From the NCBI GenBank assembly GCA_053919585.1, contig CM132786.1: a stretch of DNA of 64,000 nt; one strand, written 5' to 3'. The first letter of the stretch is position 1, and every line of letters begins with the position of its first letter. A program made the translations under genes and the position numbers. This DNA is from Euprymna scolopes. Lineage: Eukaryota. The notes below the pieces were generated by a model. That model did no database searches, had not been told where the DNA came from, and saw nothing but the letters and a program-made list of their open reading frames with translations. This document shows positions 53,301 through 64,000 of the stretch, piece after piece.

Positions 53301-56300
53301 GCATATAATACATCGAATATAATACATCGCAGACAATAAATCGCATATACTATATCGCATATAATAAATCGCCAACAATACATCACATATAATACATCGC
53401 ATATAATACATCGCATATAATACATCGCATATAATACATCGCATATAATAAATCGTATACAATACATCGCATGCAATATATCGCATACAATACATCACAT
53501 ATAATGCATCGCATATAATACATCGCAAACAATACATCGCATACAATACATCGCAAACAATACATCACATACAATACATCGCAAACAATACATCGCATAC
53601 AATACATCGAATACAATACATCACATACAATATATCGCATACAATATATCGCAAATGATACATCGCATACAATACATCGCATATAATCAATCGCATTCAA
53701 TACATCGCATACAATACATCGCATATAATCAATCGCATACAATACATCGCAAACAATACATCGCATACAATACATCGCATACAATACATCGCATATAATA
53801 AATCGCATAAAATACATCGCATATAGTACATCGCAAATAATACATCGCATACAATACATCGCAAACAATACATCGCAAACAATACATCGCATACAATACA
53901 TCGCATGCAATACATCACATACAATACATAACATACAATACATCACAAACAATACATCACATACAATACATCGCAAACAATACATCGCATACAATACATC
54001 GCTAACAATACATCACATACAATACATCACATTCAATACATCACATACAATACATAACATACAATATATCACATACAATACATCGCCAAAAAAAACATCG
54101 CATAAAATACATCACATACAACACATCGCATACAATACATCACATACAATGAATCACATACAATACATCACAAAGAATACATCACATACAATACATCGCA
54201 AACAATACATCGCATACCATACATCACATACAATACATCACATACAATACATCACATACAATACATCGCATACAATACATCCCATATAATACATCGCAAA
54301 CAATACATCGCATATAATACATCGCATATAATACATCATATACAATACATCGCATATAATACATCACATACAATATTTCGCATACAAGTCATCGCATATA
54401 ATACATCGCATATAATACATCGCATACAATACATCGCATATAATACATCGCATATAATACATCGCATATAATACATCGCATACAAAACATCACATATAAT
54501 ACATCGCATATAATACATCGCCTACAATATATCGCAAACAATACATCGCATATAATACATCGCATATAATACATCGCATACAATACATCGCATACAATGA
54601 ATCGGATACAATACATCGCAAACAACACATCAAAAAAAAATACATCGCATACAATACATCGCATACAAGACATCGGATACATCACATACAATACATCACA
54701 TACAATACAGCATACAATACCTCGCATATAATACATCGCATACAATATATCGCATATAATACATCGCAAAGAATACATCGCATACAATACATAACATACA
54801 ATGCATCGCAAACAATACATCGAAAACAATACATCGCATACAAGTCATCGCATGCGATAATTCGCAAACAATACATCGCAAACAATACATAGCAACCAAT
54901 AAATCGCATACAATACATCGCATGAAATACATCGAAAACAATACATCGCAAACAATATATCACACATAATACATTGCATATAATACATCACATACAATAT
55001 ATCGCATACAATACATCGCATATACTACATCGTATATAATAAATCGCAAACAATACATCGCATATAATACATCGAATATAATACATCGCATACAATAAAT
55101 CGCATATACTACATCGCATATAATAAATCGCCAACAATACATCACATATAATACATCGCATATAATACATCGCATATAATACATCGCATATAATACATCG
55201 CATATAATAAATCGTATACAATACATCGCATGCGATATATCGCATACAATACATCACATATAATGCATCGCATATAATACATCGCAAACAATACATCGCC
55301 TACAATACATCGCAAACAATACATCACATACAATACATCGCAAACAATACATCGCATACAATACATCGAATACAATACATCACATACAATATATCGCATA
55401 CAATATATCGCAAATAATACATCGCATACAATACATCGCATATAATCAATCGCATTCAATACATCGCATACAATACATCGCATATAATCAATCGCATACA
55501 ATACATCGCAAACAATACATCGCATACAATAAATCGCATACAATACATCGCATATAATAAATCGCATAAAATACATCGCATATAGTACATCGCAAATAAT
55601 ACATCGCATACAATACATCGCAAACAATACATCGCAAACAATACATCGCATACAATACATCGCATGCAATACATCACATACAATACATAACATACAATAC
55701 ATCACAAACAATACATCACATACAATACATCGCAAACAATACATCGCATACAATACATCGCTAACAATACATCACATACAATACATCACATTCAATACAT
55801 CACATACAATACATAACATACAATATATCACATACAATACATCGCCAAAAAAAACATCGCATAAAATACATCACATACAACACATCGCATACAATACATC
55901 ACATACAATGAATCACATACAATACATCACAAACAATACATAACATACAATACATCGCAAACAATACATCGCATACAATACATCACATATTATACATCGC
56001 ATACAATACATCACATACAATACATCACATACAATAAATCACAAACAATAAATCGCATAGAATACATCAAATACAATACATCGCTAACCATACATCGCAT
56101 ACAATACATCACACACAAAACATCACAAAGAATACATCACATACAATACATCACATACAATACATCGCATACAATACATCACATGCAATACATCTCATAC
56201 AATACATCACATACAATACATCACATAAAATACATCGCAAACAATACATCGCATATAATACATAACATACAATACATCGAAAACAATACATCACATACAA

Positions 56301-59300
56301 TACATCACATACAATACATCGCATACAATACATCACAGACAATACATCACATATATTACATCACATACAATGCATCACATAAAATACATAACATACAATA
56401 CATCACATACAATACATAACATACAATACATCACATACAATACATCGCATACAATACATCCCATATAATACATCTCAAACAATACATCGCATATAATACA
56501 TCGCATAAAATACATCACATACAATACATCGCATATAATACATCACATACAATATATCCCATACAAGTCATCGAATCTAATACATCGCATATAATACATC
56601 GCATATAATACATCGCATACAATATATCGCATATAATGCATCGCATAAATTACATCGCATACAATACATCACATATAATACATCGCATATAATACATCGC
56701 CTACAATATATCGCAAACAATACATCGCTTACAATACATCCCATATAATACATCGCAAAAAATACATCGCACATAATACATCGCATATAATACATCACAT
56801 ATAATACATCGCATATAATACATCGCCTACAATATATCGCAAACAATACATCGCATACAATACATCGCATATAATACATCGCATACAATACATCGCATAC
56901 AATAAATCGGATATAATACATCGCAAACAACACATCAAAAAAATACATCGCATACAATACATCGCATACAAGACATCGGATACATCACATACAATACATC
57001 ACATACAATACAGCATACAATACCTCGCATATAATACATCGCATACAATATATCGCATATAATACATCGCAAAGAATACATCGCATACAATACATAACAT
57101 ACAATGCATCGCAAACAATACATCGAAAACAATACATCGCACACAATTCATCGCATGCAATAATTCGCAAACAATACATCGCAAACAATATATAAACTAT
57201 AATACATTGCATATAATACATCACATAACCTATATCGCATACAATACATCGCATATACTACATCGTATATAATAAATCGAAAAAAATACATCGCATATAA
57301 TACATCGCATATAATACATCGCATATAATATATCGCATATACTACATCGCATATAATAAATCGCAAACAATACATCACATATAATACATCGCATATAATA
57401 CATCGCATATAATACATCGCATATAATACATCGCATATAATAAAATGTATACAATACACTGCATGCAATATATCGCATACAATACATCACATATAATACA
57501 TCGCATATAATACATCGCAAACAATACATCGCATACAATACATCGCAAACAATACATCACATACAATACATCGCTAACAATACATCGCATACAATACATC
57601 GAATACAATACATCACATACAATATATCGCATACAATATATCACAAATTATACATCGCATACAATACATCGCAAACAATACCTCGCAAACAATACATCGC
57701 ATACAATACATCGCATGCAATACATCACATACAATACATCACATACAATACATCACAAACAATACATCACATACAATACATCGCAAACAATACATCGCAT
57801 ACGATACATTGCAAACAATACATCACATACAATACATCACATACAATAAATCACATACAATACATAACATACAGTATATCACATACAATACATCGCAAAA
57901 AAAACATCGCATAAAATACATCACATACAACACATCGCATACAATACATCACATACAATGAATCACATAAAATACATCACAAACAATACATCACATACAA
58001 TACATCGCAAACAATACATCGCATACAATACATCACATATTATACATCGAATACAATACATCACATACAATACATCACAGACAATAAATCACAAACAATA
58101 GATCGCATAGAATACATCACATACAATACATCGCTAACAATACATCGCATACAACACATCACATACAATACATCACAAATAATACATCACATACAATACA
58201 TCGCATACAATACATCATATGCAATACATCTCATACAATACATCACATACAATACATCACATACAATACATCGCAAACAATACATCGCATACAATACATA
58301 ACATACAATACATCGAAAACAATACATCACATACAATACATCACATACAATACATCGCATACAATACATCACATACAATACATCACATACATTACATCAC
58401 ATACAATACATCACATACAATACATAACATACAATACATCACATACAATACATCACATACAATACATCGCATACAATACATCCCATATAATACATCGCAA
58501 GCAATACATCGCATATAATACATCGCATACAATACATCACATACAATACATCGCATATAATACATCACATACAATATATCGCATACAAGTCATCGCATAT
58601 AATACATCGCCTATAATACATCGCATATAATACATCGCATACAATATATCGCATATAATACATCGCATATAATTCATCGCATACAATACATCACATATAA
58701 TACATCGCATATAATACATCGCCTACAATATATCGCAAACAATACATCGCTTACAATACATCGCATATAATACATAGCATACAATACATCGCATACAATA
58801 AATCGGATATAATACATCGCAAACAACACATCAAAAAAAAATACATCGCATAATATTCATCGCATACAAGACATCGGATACATCACATACAATACATCAC
58901 ATACAATACAGCATACAATACCTCGCATATAATACATCGCATACAATATATCGCATATAATACATCGCAAAGTATACATCGCATACAATACATAACATAC
59001 AATGCATCGCAAACAATACATCGAAAACAATACATCGCATACAATTCATCGCATGCAATAATTTGCAAACAATATATCGCAAACAATACATACCAAACAA
59101 CAAATCGCATACAATACATCGCATGCAATACATCGAAAACAATACATCGAAAACAATATATAACATATAATACATTGCATATAATACATCACATACAATA
59201 TATCGCATACAATACATCGCATATACTACATCGCATATAATAAATCGCAAACAATACATCGCATATAATAAATCGCATATAATACATAGCATATAATAAA

Positions 59301-62300
59301 TCGCATATACTACATCGCATATAATAAATCGCAAACAATACATCACATATAATACATAGCATATAATAAATCGCATAAAATACATCGCATATAATACATC
59401 GCATATAATAAATCGTATACAATACATCGCATGCAATATATCGCATAGAATACATCACATATAATACATCGCATATAATACATCGCAAACAATACATCGC
59501 ATACAATACATCGCAAACAATACATCACATACAATACATCGCAAACAATACATCGCATACAATACATCGAATACAATACATCACATACAATATATCGCAT
59601 ACAATATATCGCAAATAATACTTCGCATACAATACATCGCATATAATCAATCGCATTCAATACATCGCATACAATACATCGCATATAATCAATCGCATAC
59701 AATACATCGCAAACAATACATCGCATACAATACATCGCATACAATACATCGCATACAATACATCGCATATAAAAAATCGCATAAAATACATCGCATATAG
59801 TACATCTCAAATAATAAATCGCATACAATACATCGCAAACAATACATCGCAAACAATACATCGCATACAATACATCACATGCAATACATCACAAACAATA
59901 CATCACGTACAATACATCGCAAACAATACATCGCATACAATACATCGCTAACAATACATCACATACAATACATCACATACAATACATCACATACAATACA
60001 TAACATACAATATATCACATACAATATATCGCAAAAAAAACATCGCATACAATACATCGCATACAATACATGACATACAATACATCACATATAATAAATC
60101 ACATACAATACATCAGAAACAATACATAACATACAATACATCGCAAGCAATACATCGCATACAATACATCACATACAATACATCGAATACAATACATCAC
60201 ATACAATACATCACATACAATAAATCACATACAATACATCGCATACAATACATCACATACAATACATCACAAAGAATACATCACATACAATACATCACAT
60301 ACAATACATCGCATACAATACATCACATGCAATACATCACATACAATACATCACATACAATACATCACATACAATACATCGCAAACAATACATCGCATAC
60401 AATACATAACATACAATACATCGAAACAAATACATCACATACAATACATCACATACAATACATCGCATACAATACATCACATACAATACATCACATACAA
60501 TACATCACATACAATACATCGCATACGATACATCCCATATAATACATCGCAAACAATACATCGCATATAATACATCGCATATAATACATCACATACAATA
60601 CATCGCATATAATACATCACATACAATATATCGCATACAAGTCATCGCATATAATACATCGCATATAATACATCGCATATAATACATCGCATACAATATA
60701 TCGCATATAATACATCGCATATAATACATCGCATATAATACATCGCATACAATACATCACATATAATACATCGCATATAATACATCGCCTACAATATATC
60801 GCAAACAATACAGCGCATACAATACATCGCATATAATACATCGCATACACTACATCGCATACAATAAATCGGATATAATACATCGCAAACAACACATCAA
60901 AAAAAATACATCGCATAAAATACATCGAATACAAGACATCGGATACATCACATACAATACATCACATACAATACAGCATACAATACCTCGCATATAATAC
61001 ATCGCATAAAATATATCGCATATAATACATCGCAAAGAATACATCGAATACAATACATAACATACAATGCATCGCAAACAATACATCGAAAACAATACAT
61101 CGCATACAATTCATCGCATGCAATAATTCGCAAACAATACATCGCAAAAAAATACATAGCAAACAATAAATCGCATACAATACATCGCATGCAATATATC
61201 GAAAACAATACATCGCAAACAATATATAACATATAATACATCACATACAATATATCGCATACAATATATCGCAAATAATACTTCGCATACAATACATCGC
61301 ATATAATCAATCGCATACAATACATCGCATACAATACATCGCAAATAATCAATCGCATACAATACATCGCAAACAATACATCGCATACAATACATCGCAT
61401 ACAATACATCGCATACAATACATCGCATATAATGAATCGCATAAAATACATCGCATATAGTACATCGCAAATAATACATCGCATACAATACATCACAAAC
61501 AATACATCGCAAACAATACATCGCATACAATATATCGCATGCAATACATCACAAACAATACATCACGTACAATACATCGCAAACAATACATCGCATACAA
61601 TACATCGCTAACAATACATCACATACAATAAATCACATACAATACATCACATACAATACATAACATACAATATATCACATACAATACATCGCAAAAAAAC
61701 ATCGCATACAATACATCAAATACAATACATTTCATACAATACATAACATACAATAAATCACATACAATACATCAGAAACAAGACATAACATACAATACAT
61801 CGCAAACAATACATCGCATACAATACATCACATACAATACATCGAATACAATACATCGAATACAATACATCACATACAATAAATCACATACAATACATCG
61901 CATACAATACATCACATACAATACATCACAAAGAATACATCACATACAATACATCACATACAATACATCGCATACAATACATCACATGCAATACATCACA
62001 TACAATACATCACATACAATACATCACATACAATACATCGCAAACAATACATCGCATACAATACATAACATACAATACATCGACACCAATACATCACATA
62101 CAATACATCACATACAATACATCGCATACAATACATCACATACAATACATCACATACAATACATCACATACAATACATCGCATACAATACATCCCATATA
62201 ATACATCGCATACAATACATCGCATATAATACATCGCATATAATACATCACATACAATACATCGCATATAATACATCACATACAATATATCGCATACAAG

Positions 62301-64000
62301 TCATCGCATATAATACATCGCATATAATACATCGCATATAATACATCGCATACAATATATCGCATATAATACATCGCATATAATACATCGCATATAATAC
62401 ATCGCATACAATACGTCACATATAATACATCGCATATAATACATCGCCTACAATATATCGCAAACAATACAGCGCATACAATACATCGCATATAATACAT
62501 CGCATACACTACATCGCATACAATAAATCGGATATAATACATCGCAAACAACACATCAAAAAAAATACATCGCATACAATACAAAGCATACAAGACATCG
62601 GATACATCACATACAATACATCACATACAATACAGCATACAATACCTCGCATATAATACATCGCATACAATATATCGCATATAATACATCGCAAAGAATA
62701 CATCGAATACAATACATAACATACAATGCATCGCAAACAATACATCGAAAACAATACATCGCATACAATTCATCGCATGCAATAATTCGCAAACAATACA
62801 TCGCAAAAAAATACATAGCAAACAATAAATCGCATACAATACATCGCATGCAATATATCGAAAACAATACATCGCAAACAATATATAACATATAATACAT
62901 CACATACAATATATCGCATACAATATATCGCAAATAATACTTCGCATACAATACATCGCATATAATCAATCGCATACAATACATCGCATACAATACATCG
63001 CATATAATCAATCGCATACAATACATCGCAAACAATACATCGCATACAATACATCGCATACAATACATCGCATACAATACATCGCATATAAAAAATCGCA
63101 TAAAATACATCGCATATAGTACATCGCAAATAATACATCGCATACAATACATCACAAACAATACATCGCAAACAATACATCGCATACAATACATCGCATG
63201 CAATACATCACAAACAATACATCACGTACAATACATCGCAAACAATACATCGCATACAATACATCGCTAACAATACATCACATACAATAAATCACATACA
63301 ATACATCACATACAATACATAACATACAATATATCACATACAATACATCGCAAAAAAAACATCGCATACAATACATCAAATACAATACATTTCATACAAT
63401 ACATAACATACAATAAATCACATACAATACATCAGAAACAAGACATAACATACAATACATCGCAAACAATACATCGCATACAATACATCACATACAATAC
63501 ATCGAATACAATACATCGAATACAATACATCACATACAATAAATCACATACAATACATCGCATACAATACATCACATACAATACATCACAAAGAATACAT
63601 CACATACAATACATCACATACAATACATCGCATACAATACATCACATGCAATACATCACATACAATACATCACATACAATTCATCACATACAATACATCG
63701 CAAACAATACATCGCATACAATACATAACATACAATACATCGAAACCAATACATCACATACAATACATCACATACAATACATCGCATACAATACATCCCA
63801 TATAATACATCGCAAACAATACATCGCATATAATACATCGCATATAATACATCACATACAATGCATCGCATATAATACATCACATACAATATATCGCATA
63901 CAAGTCATCGCATATAATACATCGCATATAATACATCGCATATAATACATCGCATACAATATATCGCATATAATACATCGCATATAATACATCGCATATA
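50359..64000. repeat. 14-bp satellite (consensus AATACATCRCATAY), roughly 970 units, with higher-order repeats; runs off the window
   Basis: Continuous 14-bp periodicity; the variant AGACATCGGATAC recurs at 54668, 56971, 58869, 60934 and 62593. Confidence 0.99.

Noticed and set aside
50457-63945. Dozens of Cys/Tyr/Met-rich ORFs (MRCIVCDVLYAMYC...)
   Set aside because: These are translations of the 14-bp satellite; 3 x 14 nt gives a 14-aa period in all frames. Not a metallothionein-like gene.

Overview
AT-rich eukaryotic (invertebrate) DNA made almost entirely of transposon remnants and satellite arrays. The CR1-type RT sequences resemble hydrozoan CR1 elements as I recall them, so a cnidarian host is a guess only. 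No complete host gene is recognisable; there is a CCAAT/YY1 promoter-like cluster at the left edge and one candidate exon. From 1-40 kb the window holds an internally deleted Gypsy (Mag-like) LTR element, about 11 CR1-group LINE pieces of two subfamilies, R4/Dong-type RLE LINE pieces sitting in (AAT)n tracts, RTE and Penelope-like remnants, three Helitron ends (one element carries a ~158-bp tandem array) and many microsatellites. From 40-64 kb there is an indel-free 184 x 40-bp array that appears to have grown out of one microhomology-bounded segment of a dead ORF, then a >13.6-kb 14-bp satellite with kb-scale higher-order repeats. The most unusual element is at 16222-16645: a tRNA-type Pol III promoter (A/B boxes) flanked by inverted arms whose consensus rebuilds a Penelope-type minimal hammerhead ribozyme, making it a candidate Penelope-mobilised, ribozyme-bearing SINE. 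Family assignments come from motif recognition by eye, not from database searches.
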